A DNA stretch of 37,547 nucleotides, taken from positions 1,340 to 38,886 of the forward strand of contig CAZJED010000005.1 of NCBI GenBank assembly GCA_964544965.1. Reading direction: 5' to 3'. Position 1 is the stretch's first letter; each line of letters opens with the position of its first letter. The stretch comes from an uncultured Enterobacteriaceae bacterium (GTDB taxonomy: Bacteria; Pseudomonadota; Gammaproteobacteria; Eutrophobiales; Eutrophobiaceae). The notes under the pieces are model-generated. The model did not search any database. It had not been told where the DNA came from and was given only the letters and a program-made list of their open reading frames with translations. This document shows positions 20,221 to 30,111 of the stretch, one piece after another. The translations under genes were made by a program, and so were the position numbers.

Positions 20221-21621
20221 TCAAAAGGGTAGCTTCGCATCTTTTCTAAATGAGCTTATTATATTACGAAATTCAATTTGTATACGTTTGAGTGCTGATT
20301 CATTGTCTGCCTCAAATCTGAAAATAATATAGGGTGATGTATTAGACGGTCTTACCAATCCCCAACCATCATCATACTCAACTCGCAAACCATCAATATT
20401 TATGATTTCAGCATTTAATTTAAATATATTTTTTGAGAACTCTTTCATAAAATTAATATGCTCATTTTCCTTTAAAAACATCCTCAGTTCAGGAGTTGAT
20501 ACACCATAAGGTAATTCTTCAAATAATTCTGTTGGTTTTTTCTTGTTTTTTGAAAAAATTTCAACAAACCGTGCAGCTGTATACAGCGCATCATCAAATC
20601 CATACCAACGTTCTTTAAAAAATATGTGCCCGCTCATTTCGCCTGCTAATGGCGCATCCACCTCATTCATCTTCTGTTTAATAAACGAATGACCGGTCTT
20701 CCACATTAGTGATTTGCCATGATTACATTCAATGATAGATTTCAAATATTTAGTGCACTTAACGTCATATATAATGTTACTTCCTTTGTTGCGTGATAAC
20801 ACGTCTATCGCTAGTAACATTAACTGCTTATCAGGCCAAATAATATTACCAGCGGCATCAACTACTCCCAGTCGATCACCATCTCCATCAAACGCAAAAC
20901 CAATATCTGCATTCTCTTTTTTTACTCTCCTTACAAGATCTTCTAAATTAATAGGTTGACTTGGGTCTGGGTGATGATTAGGAAAACTCCCGTCAATTTC
21001 TGAAAATATTGTAATAAAGTTACACCCAAGTTCTTCAAATAATCTCGGGGCAATTTCTCCTGCAGAACCATTCCCACAATCAATTACTATTTTGGGCATG
21101 TATTCTGCAGAAATATCTATATCGTCTAAAATACGCTGGATATATTCGGTTGAAATATCAACATGCCGCAACGTTCCGCGTCCTACTATATATTTCTTAG
21201 AAACAACATGTTTTTTAATTTCTTCGATACCTTCTTCAAACAACGAATTCCCAGCTATAACGGTTTTCAAACCATTATATTCGGCAGCATTGTGACTGCC
21301 GGTTATCATCACGCAATTATTTGTTTCTAAATGATGACTGGCAAAATAGGTAACTGGTGTTGGAACAATACCGATATCCGTGACATTTATACCGGTACTT
21401 AATAAACCCTCAATTAACACCTGGTTAAGTTCCGGACTAGACACCCTTCCATCACGGCCAACGACAATCTCCCGTTGATTGTGCTGATGGGCTATTGTCC
21501 CGATAGCTTTGGCAATTTCGCTTACAACTTCACAAGTAAGTTCATCGCCAAAAACACCGCGGATATCATACGCTCGAAAAATTACAGAATTAAAATTTAT
21601 GTTCTGTTTTTCTTTGTCCAT
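20221..21621 (-). CDS. algC: Phosphomannomutase/phosphoglucomutase
   Basis: FRAYDIRG, TGSHN (phosphoserine), FPNHHPDP, DGDGDR, GEMSGH, VRPSNT; lies between dut and argB. Confidence 0.95.
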   Translation of the reverse strand: MDKEKQNINFNSVIFRAYDIRGVFGDELTCEVVSEIAKAIGTIAHQHNQREIVVGRDGRVSSPELNQVLIEGLLSTGINVTDIGIVPTPVTYFASHHLETNNCVMITGSHNAAEYNGLKTVIAGNSLFEEGIEEIKKHVVSKKYIVGRGTLRHVDISTEYIQRILDDIDISAEYMPKIVIDCGNGSAGEIAPRLFEELGCNFITIFSEIDGSFPNHHPDPSQPINLEDLVRRVKKENADIGFAFDGDGDRLGVVDAAGNIIWPDKQLMLLAIDVLSRNKGSNIIYDVKCTKYLKSIIECNHGKSLMWKTGHSFIKQKMNEVDAPLAGEMSGHIFFKERWYGFDDALYTAARFVEIFSKNKKKPTELFEELPYGVSTPELRMFLKENEHINFMKEFSKNIFKLNAEIINIDGLRVEYDDGWGLVRPSNTSPYIIFRFEADNESALKRIQIEFRNIISSFRKDAKLPF

Positions 21622-21624
21622 GTA

Positions 21625-22080
21625 TCAAGACACACCGGTGTGTCCAAACCCACCTACACCTCTTATCGTCTCATCAAATGAATCAACAAATTCAAAGTGG
21701 GGTTGTTCAACTGGTACAATTATCATTTGGGCAATTCTATCACCTGGTTGTATTGTAAATGGAGTGTCTCCTCTATTCCAACAGGAAACAAAAATTTCAC
21801 CTTGATAATCTGAATCAATCAGACCTGTAAGATTACCAAGAACAATACCATGTTTGTGCCCAAGACCAGAGCGAGGTAACAACATTGCCGCAAAGGATTT
21901 ATCAGCGATATATACAGCAAAACCTGCAGATATTAAAACTGTACTGTTCGGATTTATAGTCAAACTTTCATCAATGCATGCGCATAAATCCAAGCCTGCC
22001 GATCCTTTTGTTGCATAATCAGGTATTGGGAATTCATCCCCCAACCTTTTATCAATGAGTTTTATTTGAATTTTTTTCAT
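21625..22080 (-). CDS. dut: dUTP diphosphatase
   Basis: [35 protein letters not shown]. Start ATG 22080, overlapping the coaBC end. Confidence 0.98.
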   Translation of the reverse strand: MKKIQIKLIDKRLGDEFPIPDYATKGSAGLDLCACIDESLTINPNSTVLISAGFAVYIADKSFAAMLLPRSGLGHKHGIVLGNLTGLIDSDYQGEIFVSCWNRGDTPFTIQPGDRIAQMIIVPVEQPHFEFVDSFDETIRGVGGFGHTGVS

Positions 22081-23266
22081 TGTATTGTGATGCAATCAAT
22101 TTTATAAGCTTTCTTGCTAATTTATTTTTTGAAGTAAGAGGTAATTGCTCGCTCCCTGTTTTCCAAAATACAGTTAGAGCATTTTCTTCAGAATCAAATC
22201 CTATTTTTTCCCCCACTTGATTCGCAGCAATCATATCTAGATTTTTTGAATGCATTTTCTTTTGTGCATTAAACTCGAGATCTTCTGTTTCTGCTGCAAA
22301 ACCAACTGTAAATGGCGCATCATGAAGTTCTGAAACATGAAATAATATATCAGGTGTCTTTTCAAGGATTAGTTCATTTACATCCTGTGATTTTTTTATT
22401 TTTTGTTTTGATATTTGTTGCGCTCTAAAATCAGCAACTGCTGCTGCTGATATGAAAATATCAGTACCGCTAATTTTTTTCATTACAGATTCGTGCATTT
22501 CTGCAGCTGATGTTACATAAATAATTTTATCAATCCCCGTGACTTGAAGATCTACAGGCCCAGAAATAAGAGTAACGTCTGCGCCTGCTTCAACTGCAGC
22601 CGTTGCAACAGCATACCCCATACGTCCTGAACTATGGTTACTTAGAAATCTTATCGGATCAATCGCCTCACGAGTAGGGCCAGCGGTTACTAACAATCTA
22701 GAGCCGGTTAAAATATTTGTTTGAAATATATTAGCTGCGTGTTTAATTATTTCTTCTGGCTCAAGCATTCGCCCTAAACCATCGTCTCCGCAAGCCTGTT
22801 CTCCTGTTGCAGGACCTAAAACATAAACCCCTCTTTCACTTATTTTTTTTATATTATCTTGTGTTGCAACATTCGACCACATCTGTTTGTTCATAGATGG
22901 GGCAACCGCAACCGGACTATCCGTTGCTATACATATTGTACTTAACAGATCTTCTGCAAAACCAAAAGCATATTTAGCAATGAAATTTGCACTTGCCGGC
23001 ACAATAAGAATTAGATCTGCCCACCTTGCTAATTCAATATGGCTCATAGCTGTTTCAGAATCTAAATCAAGTAACTCCGTATAAACTATGTTTGATGATA
23101 AAGCCTGAAATGTTAATGGTGTTACAAATTTAGTGGCGTTTTCTGTCATAACAATACGAATATCTGCGCCATTTTTTCTTAAAAGACGAACTAAAAAAGC
23201 CGCTTTATATGCAGATATACCACCTGTTACACCTAAAATAATTCGTTTTCCAACTAATCTTTGCAT
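22052..23266 (-). CDS. coaBC: Bifunctional phosphopantothenoylcysteine decarboxylase/ligase
   Basis: [59 protein letters not shown]. Confidence 0.98.
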   Translation of the reverse strand: MQRLVGKRIILGVTGGISAYKAAFLVRLLRKNGADIRIVMTENATKFVTPLTFQALSSNIVYTELLDLDSETAMSHIELARWADLILIVPASANFIAKYAFGFAEDLLSTICIATDSPVAVAPSMNKQMWSNVATQDNIKKISERGVYVLGPATGEQACGDDGLGRMLEPEEIIKHAANIFQTNILTGSRLLVTAGPTREAIDPIRFLSNHSSGRMGYAVATAAVEAGADVTLISGPVDLQVTGIDKIIYVTSAAEMHESVMKKISGTDIFISAAAVADFRAQQISKQKIKKSQDVNELILEKTPDILFHVSELHDAPFTVGFAAETEDLEFNAQKKMHSKNLDMIAANQVGEKIGFDSEENALTVFWKTGSEQLPLTSKNKLARKLIKLIASQYNEKNSNKTH

Positions 23267-23349
23267 AATGCTATGATTTTACCTGAATTATTTGCTTAAG
23301 TAGTAAGAAGTTTTGGTCATTTTTAGTATATGGGATATATTGCTAATGC

Positions 23350-23384
23350 TTGGATTCACAGCGAAATCGATGTACAATCCGCGC
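23350..23384 (+). promoter_or_regulatory. sigma70 promoter of rpmB-rpmG with GC-rich (stringent-type) discriminator
   Basis: TTGGAT (23350-55), 17 bp, TACAAT (23373-78), then CCGCGC (23379-84). Confidence 0.7.
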
Positions 23385-23414
23385 TCTTTTTTCATCGAAT
23401 TTAGAGAATAACTA

Positions 23415-23651
23415 ATGTCACGAGTTTGTCAGGTAACGGGTAAAAGACCAATGGTTGGGAACAACGTGTCCCACGCGCACAATAGAACAAAGCGTCGTTT
23501 TTTGCCAAATTTACAATCAAGACGCTTCTGGATAGAAAGTGAAAATCGTTGGATTCGATTACTTGTAAGTAAAAAAGGAGTTCGAATCATTGACAAAAAA
23601 GGCATCGAAGCTGTGCTTGCGGATATTGGCGCTCGTAAAAAAACAGTCTAA
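23415..23651 (+). CDS. rpmB: 50S ribosomal protein L28
   Basis: [29 protein letters not shown]. Confidence 0.99.
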   Translation: MSRVCQVTGKRPMVGNNVSHAHNRTKRRFLPNLQSRRFWIESENRWIRLLVSKKGVRIIDKKGIEAVLADIGARKKTV

Positions 23652-23664
23652 AAGGTAATTGATA

Positions 23665-23820
23665 ATGCGTGATAAAATAAAACTCGTTTCATCTGCAAAT
23701 ACTGGCCATTACTACACAACAACAAAAAATAAACGTGCAATGCCAGATAAAATGGAAATTAAAAAATTTGATCCAGTTGTACGTAAACACGTAATATATA
23801 AAGAATCAAAAATAAAATAG
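23665..23820 (+). CDS. rpmG: 50S ribosomal protein L33 (51 aa, zinc-free type)
   Basis: Hand-translated: [58 protein letters not shown]. Below the ORF-track length cutoff. Confidence 0.98.
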   Translation: MRDKIKLVSSANTGHYYTTTKNKRAMPDKMEIKKFDPVVRKHVIYKESKIK

Positions 23821-23839
23821 TGCTGTTCGGCGCTATTTT
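23814..23839 (+). terminator. Hairpin overlapping the rpmG stop, possible weak intrinsic terminator
   Basis: AAAATAGTGCT-GTTC-GGCGCTATTTT inverted repeat with two G-U pairs and a short T tract. Confidence 0.5.
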
Positions 23840-23851
23840 CAGAACTGCGCT

Positions 23852-24583
23852 ATGAAAAAAGATAAAACTCTCATATCTGTTAATGGCCTTTCTCGCTTCT
23901 ACGGCAAAAAACGTGCAATCGAAAATATTAGTTTTGATGTCTGCAAAGGTGAGATTCTTGGTTTGCTTGGCCCTAATGGTGCTGGCAAGTCGACAACTAT
24001 GCAAATTATTTGTGGGGTAATCGCTGCAAATAATGGCTCTGTTAATATCGCGGAATACGATATACATGATGCCCCGAAACAAGCAAAACAAAATATTGGT
24101 TTTTTACCTGAACAACTACCGCTATACCACGATCTAAATATTGACGAATATTTACTATATTCTGCAAAATTAAGAGGTGTAAAAAAAGCTAATCTTGGAA
24201 ATGCACTTTCCTCGTGTAAAAAACGCTGTGGTTTAAAAAATATGGGTTCGCACCTAATTCAAAATCTTTCAAAAGGTTTTAAACAAAGAGTTGGTATAGC
24301 TCAAGCAATAATTCATGCGCCTTCAATTATTATTCTTGATGAACCGACCTCGGGACTCGACCCAAAACAAATTTTAGATATAAGAACATTGATGCGGGAA
24401 TTAAGCAAAGATCATAGCATCATATTGTCGACTCATATTCTTTCTGAAGTTGAAGCTATTTGTGATCGTGTTCTCATAAATAAGGGAAATATTGTATTAG
24501 ATCAATATTTAAATAAATTATTAACTAGTAATAATTCCCTTGAGTCTGTGTTTTTGGATTTAACTGGTGGGAACAGTAGTTAG
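23852..24583 (+). CDS. ABC-2 type ATP-binding protein, GldA-like
   Basis: Walker A GPNGAGKST, LPE..PLY, signature LSKGFKQR, IIILDEPTSGLDP, STHILSEVE, C-terminal SLESVFLDLT. Confidence 0.88.
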   Translation: MKKDKTLISVNGLSRFYGKKRAIENISFDVCKGEILGLLGPNGAGKSTTMQIICGVIAANNGSVNIAEYDIHDAPKQAKQNIGFLPEQLPLYHDLNIDEYLLYSAKLRGVKKANLGNALSSCKKRCGLKNMGSHLIQNLSKGFKQRVGIAQAIIHAPSIIILDEPTSGLDPKQILDIRTLMRELSKDHSIILSTHILSEVEAICDRVLINKGNIVLDQYLNKLLTSNNSLESVFLDLTGGNSS

Positions 24584-24597
24584 TAATTATCAAAAAT

Positions 24598-25341
24598 ATG
24601 AATAATATAATTTTAATTGCTATTAATGAGTTAAGACGTTTTTTTAAATCCCCTTTAGCGTGGATTATACTTGCAATCATTCAATTTCTAGTGGCTGTCT
24701 TTTTCTATGTGCCATTAGTCATGTATCTACAACCAGCATCAACAGCGACGGGCTTGACTGACACGGTAGTTTCTACCATGTATGGATTTGCTGCTTATAT
24801 AATATTAATAATATCGCCATTACTAACAATGCGTTTAATTTCTGAAGAACGTCAGTTAGGTACTATAAAATTATTATTCTCGTCACCAATAAACATCACT
24901 GAAATAGTGTTGGGTAAGTTTCTTGGAATGACAATATTTTATTTGTTAATTTTATTAATGATCACCTTGATGCCATTATCTTTATTATTTGGAACTCAAC
25001 TTGATCTTGGGCAAATAGCTTCGTCATTAGTTGGTCTTTTTTTACTGACGACTTCTATCGCATCAATCGGATTATTTTTATCGTCGCTAACAAATTCACC
25101 GGCTATATCTGCAATTAGTACATTTGGCGTTTTATTGTTACTTTTGATAATAAAAATGGGCGGGGCGCATTCTTCATCTAATACAGCTTTAATATTTTCC
25201 TATATATCTATAGATAACCATTATAATAATTTTTTAACTGGACTGTTTAATTCTGCTGATATTTTTTATTACGTTATATTAACCACATTTTTTATTATTT
25301 TATGTATATGGCGACTTGATGCAGAACGAACATATGGATAA
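24598..25341 (+). CDS. ABC-2 type permease, GldF-like
   Basis: ELRRFFKSPLAW, PLLTMRLISEERQLGT.KLL, IVLGKF; about six hydrophobic segments. Confidence 0.85.
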   Translation: MNNIILIAINELRRFFKSPLAWIILAIIQFLVAVFFYVPLVMYLQPASTATGLTDTVVSTMYGFAAYIILIISPLLTMRLISEERQLGTIKLLFSSPINITEIVLGKFLGMTIFYLLILLMITLMPLSLLFGTQLDLGQIASSLVGLFLLTTSIASIGLFLSSLTNSPAISAISTFGVLLLLLIIKMGGAHSSSNTALIFSYISIDNHYNNFLTGLFNSADIFYYVILTTFFIILCIWRLDAERTYG

Positions 25342-25347
25342 AAAAAT

Positions 25348-26718
25348 ATGTACATAACAAAGCAAACAAGATTAAAAATTAAATTAAATAGCATTCTGAT
25401 GCTTTGCTTATTTATTGCGACTTCTTCTTTATTAGCATGGTTCACTTACAAAAATTCTGTTGAGTATGATTGGACAGCTATAGGAAGACATACGTTATCA
25501 GATGTAAGTCTCGAGATTTTGTCAAAAATGCCGGAAAAAATTGAGATAATTTCTTATGCACGAGAAACTCCTTTTTTACGCTCTTCAATAAAAAAGTTTG
25601 TGGGTAAATACCAACGTCATAAATCAAACATAATTTTAAGTTTTGTAAACCCTGATACATCTCCAGACGAAGCACGTAACTTAGGCATAACTGTCGATGG
25701 AGAAATTATCGTTCGCTATAAAGGGCGTTCTGAGCATTTAAAAACAGACAGTGAACAGGTATTTGCAAATACCTTAAAAAGATTGCTGCGAAATCAAGAA
25801 AGATGGATTGCTTTTGTTGAAGGTCATGGAGAACGTAGTGCATTAAGTGCTTCTAATGGTGATTTAGGCGGTTGGGCAAATAATCTTCTTAAAGAAGGTT
25901 ATCGTATTCAACCTATTAACCTTGCCGAAACAAAAGTCATACCGGATAACACTAAAATTTTAATAATAGCAGGGCCCACAAATGATTATCTATCAAATGA
26001 AATCGAAATTATATTGGATCATATTGATAATGGTAGAAACTTGTTGTGGCTTCATGAGCCTGGACCATTATACAAATTGGACAAACTTGCTGAAAAATTA
26101 TCTATAGAATTTCAAAAGGGAATAATCATTGACACGGTTGGGCAAGAAATAGGTATTAAAGATCCAACAATTACATTTATTACAAAAAGTCTCTATCAAA
26201 CACACCCTGTTACTCAAGATTTTGATTTTGTCACGCTTTTCCCAATGGCTGTTGCAATTAAGCCAATAAAATCTGATGTATGGAATAATAAACCTATACT
26301 AAATACGGGTAAGCACACATGGAGTGAAACAGGTAAATTAGAAGGTGAGGTTGAATTAAATATTGATACCGAAATTCAGGGGCCGTTAACATTAGGCTTA
26401 AGTCTGCAAAGAAATTTTGAAAAAGAAAATAATGGGCAGAACACAAAAGAACAACGCATTGTGGTAATAGGTGATGGGGATTTTTTATCTAATGCTTATT
26501 TTTCAAATAATGGAAATAACGAATTAGGAACCAGAATAATTAACTGGTTAAGTAATGATGATGATTTTATTTTAATCCCATCAAAAACTATAATGGATGC
26601 ACAATTAAAAACACCATTTTTAATACTTGGGGTGTTCGGAATAGGATTTCTGTTTTTAGTCCCGATAGTTTTAACATCTATTGGTATTCTTATTCAAATT
26701 AGAAGAAAAAAACAATAG
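25348..26718 (+). CDS. GldG-like ABC auxiliary component (GIFT/ABC_transp_aux domain)
   Basis: N-terminal TM, DWT..RHTLS, FV.GHGE, IIAGP, VVIGDGDFLSN, N...INWL, C-terminal TM followed by RRKK. Confidence 0.85.
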   Translation: MYITKQTRLKIKLNSILMLCLFIATSSLLAWFTYKNSVEYDWTAIGRHTLSDVSLEILSKMPEKIEIISYARETPFLRSSIKKFVGKYQRHKSNIILSFVNPDTSPDEARNLGITVDGEIIVRYKGRSEHLKTDSEQVFANTLKRLLRNQERWIAFVEGHGERSALSASNGDLGGWANNLLKEGYRIQPINLAETKVIPDNTKILIIAGPTNDYLSNEIEIILDHIDNGRNLLWLHEPGPLYKLDKLAEKLSIEFQKGIIIDTVGQEIGIKDPTITFITKSLYQTHPVTQDFDFVTLFPMAVAIKPIKSDVWNNKPILNTGKHTWSETGKLEGEVELNIDTEIQGPLTLGLSLQRNFEKENNGQNTKEQRIVVIGDGDFLSNAYFSNNGNNELGTRIINWLSNDDDFILIPSKTIMDAQLKTPFLILGVFGIGFLFLVPIVLTSIGILIQIRRKKQ

Positions 26719-26719
26719 C

Positions 26720-27571
26720 GTGAACAAAAGAATATGGATTAATATTTTTTTATTTGTTGTTGTTATTTTATTATCAATCATTATTCTTTCCGACAAAGAC
26801 AATATTGAGAATGAGCCATCATCTTTATCCACCATTAACCCAGATACTATATCAAAAATTGAAATTATAAGAAAAAATCATAAAACAGTGTCCTTTAGTA
26901 AATATGATGATAAATGGAAAGTAGATGAACCACTAAAATTTCCGGTTAACCCGATAAGAATTAAGCCGATACTAAATATTTTAAAAACTGAGTCTTATAA
27001 AAAATTAAATCTGAATGAAATCGATATTGCACAATTTGACCTTAGAGACCCAAAGGTTATTCTAAAATTAGATCAAAACAACTTTCTGTTTGGAACTACT
27101 AATCCTATCGACCAAAAAAGATATGTTTTATTTAATGAAACGATACATCTAATAGATGATTACTTATTTGCTCAACTAATGGTTAGTGTTTATTTTTTCT
27201 CTGAAAATAAATTATTGCCTGACGATAAAAAAATTGTATCGATACATTTTCCTGACTATAAAATTTACAAAAATAATGGCCAATGGATATCTACAAAAAA
27301 TGATGATGATGATGAAAAATTAAAAAATATTATAAAAACATGGGAAAATGCAATTGCGGTTACAGTTGACAAATATCAATTAAATAGTGGCTCTAGTGAA
27401 GAAGATTGTTATAGCAGTAAATCATGCAACCCAACCATATCTATTGAAACATTATCAGGTGAAATATTTTCTTTTTCTATAGAAAAAGAAAAACCAAATT
27501 TAATTCTAGGTAAAGAACTTAGTGGTATTCAATACAAAATCGCTGATGATGATGCCATACAAATGTTTTAG
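26720..27571 (+). CDS. Membrane-anchored DUF4340-like protein
   Basis: GTG at 26720, one base after the GldG-like stop. N-terminal TM, W.V.EP, FDL..P, FG..NP...RY motifs. Typical fourth gene of GldAFG-like operons. Confidence 0.7.
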   Translation: MNKRIWINIFLFVVVILLSIIILSDKDNIENEPSSLSTINPDTISKIEIIRKNHKTVSFSKYDDKWKVDEPLKFPVNPIRIKPILNILKTESYKKLNLNEIDIAQFDLRDPKVILKLDQNNFLFGTTNPIDQKRYVLFNETIHLIDDYLFAQLMVSVYFFSENKLLPDDKKIVSIHFPDYKIYKNNGQWISTKNDDDDEKLKNIIKTWENAIAVTVDKYQLNSGSSEEDCYSSKSCNPTISIETLSGEIFSFSIEKEKPNLILGKELSGIQYKIADDDAIQMF

Positions 27572-27591
27572 AAAAAAATAATATTTTTATA

Positions 27592-28407
27592 ATGCCAGAA
27601 CTCCCCGAAGTCGAAACAACAAAAAACGGAATTTCTTCATATATTGTCGGTAAACATGTAAATGATATTATTATTCGAGAAAGAAAACTTAGATGGTTAA
27701 TTCCCTCAGATCTAAAAGATTCTCTTAAAAATCAACGTATTAATCAAATAACTCGCCGCGCAAAATATCTTCTCTTTCACACAGACAACGGCTGCTTAAT
27801 CGTGCATCTTGGTATGTCAGGTAGTTTACGTTTGGTCAAAAAAAACCTGCCGCATATTAAACATGACCACGTTGATTTTATTTTTGAATCAAAATATATA
27901 TTGCGATTCCACGACCCTAGAAAATTTGGTTCAATTTTGTGGACAAGCCAAAACCCTGCCGTGCACAGATTAATTGTTCATCTTGGGCCTGAGCCTTTGG
28001 AGGATGAATTTAACTCTGACTATTTATATTCTAAATCTAAAAATCGTACAGTACCAATTAAAACATTCATTATGAACAGCAATATTGTTGTAGGTATCGG
28101 TAATATTTATGCAAATGAAGCTTTGTTTTTATCGGGTATTAACCCAAAATGCAAAACTAACAGAATTTCAAAAACGCGCTATGAAAAATTAGTCACCTCA
28201 ATAAAAACTGTATTATTAAAAGCTATAAGCAAAGGGGGGACAACGTTACGTGATTATGTAAATACTGATGGTACGCCCGGTTATTTTAAAAATAAATTAA
28301 AAGTTTACGGTCGTGCCGGGAAACTATGCCATCACTGTAGAAATAAAATAAAAGTAATTAAGCAAAATCAAAGATCTACTTTCTATTGTACTTTCTGTCA
28401 AACTTAA
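27592..28407 (+). CDS. mutM: Formamidopyrimidine-DNA glycosylase
   Basis: MPELPEVET, RRAKYL, HLGMSG, DPRKFG, LGPEP, GIGNIYANE, C-terminal CxxC/CxxC zinc finger. Confidence 0.98.
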   Translation: MPELPEVETTKNGISSYIVGKHVNDIIIRERKLRWLIPSDLKDSLKNQRINQITRRAKYLLFHTDNGCLIVHLGMSGSLRLVKKNLPHIKHDHVDFIFESKYILRFHDPRKFGSILWTSQNPAVHRLIVHLGPEPLEDEFNSDYLYSKSKNRTVPIKTFIMNSNIVVGIGNIYANEALFLSGINPKCKTNRISKTRYEKLVTSIKTVLLKAISKGGTTLRDYVNTDGTPGYFKNKLKVYGRAGKLCHHCRNKIKVIKQNQRSTFYCTFCQT

Positions 28408-28422
28408 TGTTAGACAATATAA

Positions 28423-30105
28423 CTAATGCATATGTATAGCCTCAGCAACACCCTCACCCCTTGGATCGCTGGCAACAAAACTAGTGTTTCTATTCTTCCA
28501 TATCATAATTGCCTGCATATTGCCGTATTTTCTTTTTATCTCTTTTAATTTATGGCCCTTCATAACTAATTTCTTTTTTTCCTTATCTGAGAGACCGCCC
28601 ATTTCATATTGGATTAAATCCGGAATATATTGATGATGGAATCTCGGGAGACTTACCCATGACTCCGGTAATTCGCCTTTAACAAAGTCTAAAATGGCTA
28701 ATAACACCATACTTATTATTCGACTTCCTCCTGGTGTACCAAGAATTCCAATACGATCGTTGGATTCGATAAATGTTGGCGTCATACTTGACAAAGGACG
28801 TTTACCTGGGTGAATGATGTTTGCATGATGCCCTACTAAACCATAATTATTTGCCGTCATAGGTTTGATAGTAAAATCATCCATTTCATTATTCAGGACA
28901 ATGCCTGTTCCTTCAACCACAAAACCGGAACCAAATGGTAAGTTAATACTTAGTGTGGATGAAACTTTATTACCTTCTCTGTCTACTACTGAAAAATGTG
29001 TTGTATTTGTGCCTAAATTATCAGCAGTAGCTATGCTACCTAATTCACTACTTGGTGTTGCACGTTCAACGTTAATTGTTAGCGCTAATCCCTCGGCATA
29101 ATTTTTATCTAATAGCCTATCAATTGGTATGTTTACAAAGTCTGAATCGCCCAAATATGCAGCGCGATCGCGATAAGCACGTCTCATCGCTTCAATAATA
29201 ATATGCTTGCGAGTTGAATTGTTATATTGTGTTAAATCAAATTTCTCTAAAATATTTAATGTTTGCCCAAGAACAATTCCTCCAGATGAAGGCGGCGGAA
29301 CAGATATTATTTTATTTCCCTTGTAATTTATAGAAATTGGTTCTCTTTCGATTATTTTATAATTTTCAAGATCATATGTTTCCCATATACCGCCGTTTTC
29401 TTGCACACTATCGACAATTTTTTGAGCAAAATTCCCCTGATAAAATCCTTCGCTGCCTTTCTCAGCTATCATGCTGAGTGTTTTCGCAAGATCTTCTTGA
29501 ACAATAAAATCGCCTAATTTAGGAATCTTATTATTTATAAAAAAAATAGATGAGGTGCTTATGTATTTACGCATTATATCTTCTCTATACCGAATTAACT
29601 TACGATAACGTTCAGTAACAACAAAACCATTTTTTGCTTGTTGAATCGCGGGTTTAAGAATTTCTTTTAAGTTTAAACGACCATAGTTTTTCACCAAATG
29701 ATCGATCCCTGCAACAACCCCAGGTATGCCAGATGACATCGGACCATTTAAAGAAAGTCCTTTAATAATATTGCCGTTTTTATCGACGTACATATTTCTA
29801 TGGCTTCTCATCGGTGCAGTCTCGCGACCATCAAGAACAACTTTCTTATTATCTACGCTTCGATGTAGCAACCAAAAACCTCCTCCTCCTAAACCAGAAC
29901 CAAATGGTTCTACAACAGCCAATGAAGCGGTAATTGCGGCGGCGGCGTCAAATGCATTTCCACCCTTTTTCAGTATTTCTATTCCGGTACGAGTTGCAAT
30001 TTCATGGGCGGTTGCTACCGCTGATTGATTTGCGCTATCGGCAAATATATATGTTGAATATATATATAAAATGGTAAAAAAAAAATTCCTAATATTACTA
30101 TGCAA
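28423..30105 (-). CDS. ggt: Gamma-glutamyltransferase (exported)
   Basis: GGNAFDAA, EPFGSGLGGGGF, RETAP, PPPSSGG, autocleavage T-THFSVVD, LNNEMDDF, RPLSSMTPT, GTPGGSRI, SDPR. Signal-peptide-like N terminus, TTG start. Confidence 0.96.
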   Translation of the reverse strand: MHSNIRNFFFTILYIYSTYIFADSANQSAVATAHEIATRTGIEILKKGGNAFDAAAAITASLAVVEPFGSGLGGGGFWLLHRSVDNKKVVLDGRETAPMRSHRNMYVDKNGNIIKGLSLNGPMSSGIPGVVAGIDHLVKNYGRLNLKEILKPAIQQAKNGFVVTERYRKLIRYREDIMRKYISTSSIFFINNKIPKLGDFIVQEDLAKTLSMIAEKGSEGFYQGNFAQKIVDSVQENGGIWETYDLENYKIIEREPISINYKGNKIISVPPPSSGGIVLGQTLNILEKFDLTQYNNSTRKHIIIEAMRRAYRDRAAYLGDSDFVNIPIDRLLDKNYAEGLALTINVERATPSSELGSIATADNLGTNTTHFSVVDREGNKVSSTLSINLPFGSGFVVEGTGIVLNNEMDDFTIKPMTANNYGLVGHHANIIHPGKRPLSSMTPTFIESNDRIGILGTPGGSRIISMVLLAILDFVKGELPESWVSLPRFHHQYIPDLIQYEMGGLSDKEKKKLVMKGHKLKEIKRKYGNMQAIMIWKNRNTSFVASDPRGEGVAEAIHMH

Positions 30106-30111
30106 AACAAA

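Noticed and set aside
23852-27571. ABC module as a horizontally acquired island, or as evidence of Bacteroidetes-type gliding
   Set aside because: No integrase, flanking repeats or obvious compositional break, and no other gld/spr genes in the window.
30076-30085. A10 homopolymer at the 5' end of ggt as a phase-variation tract
   Set aside because: Runs of 8-9 A/T occur elsewhere in this AT-rich window; this one encodes Phe residues of a signal peptide and the frame is intact.
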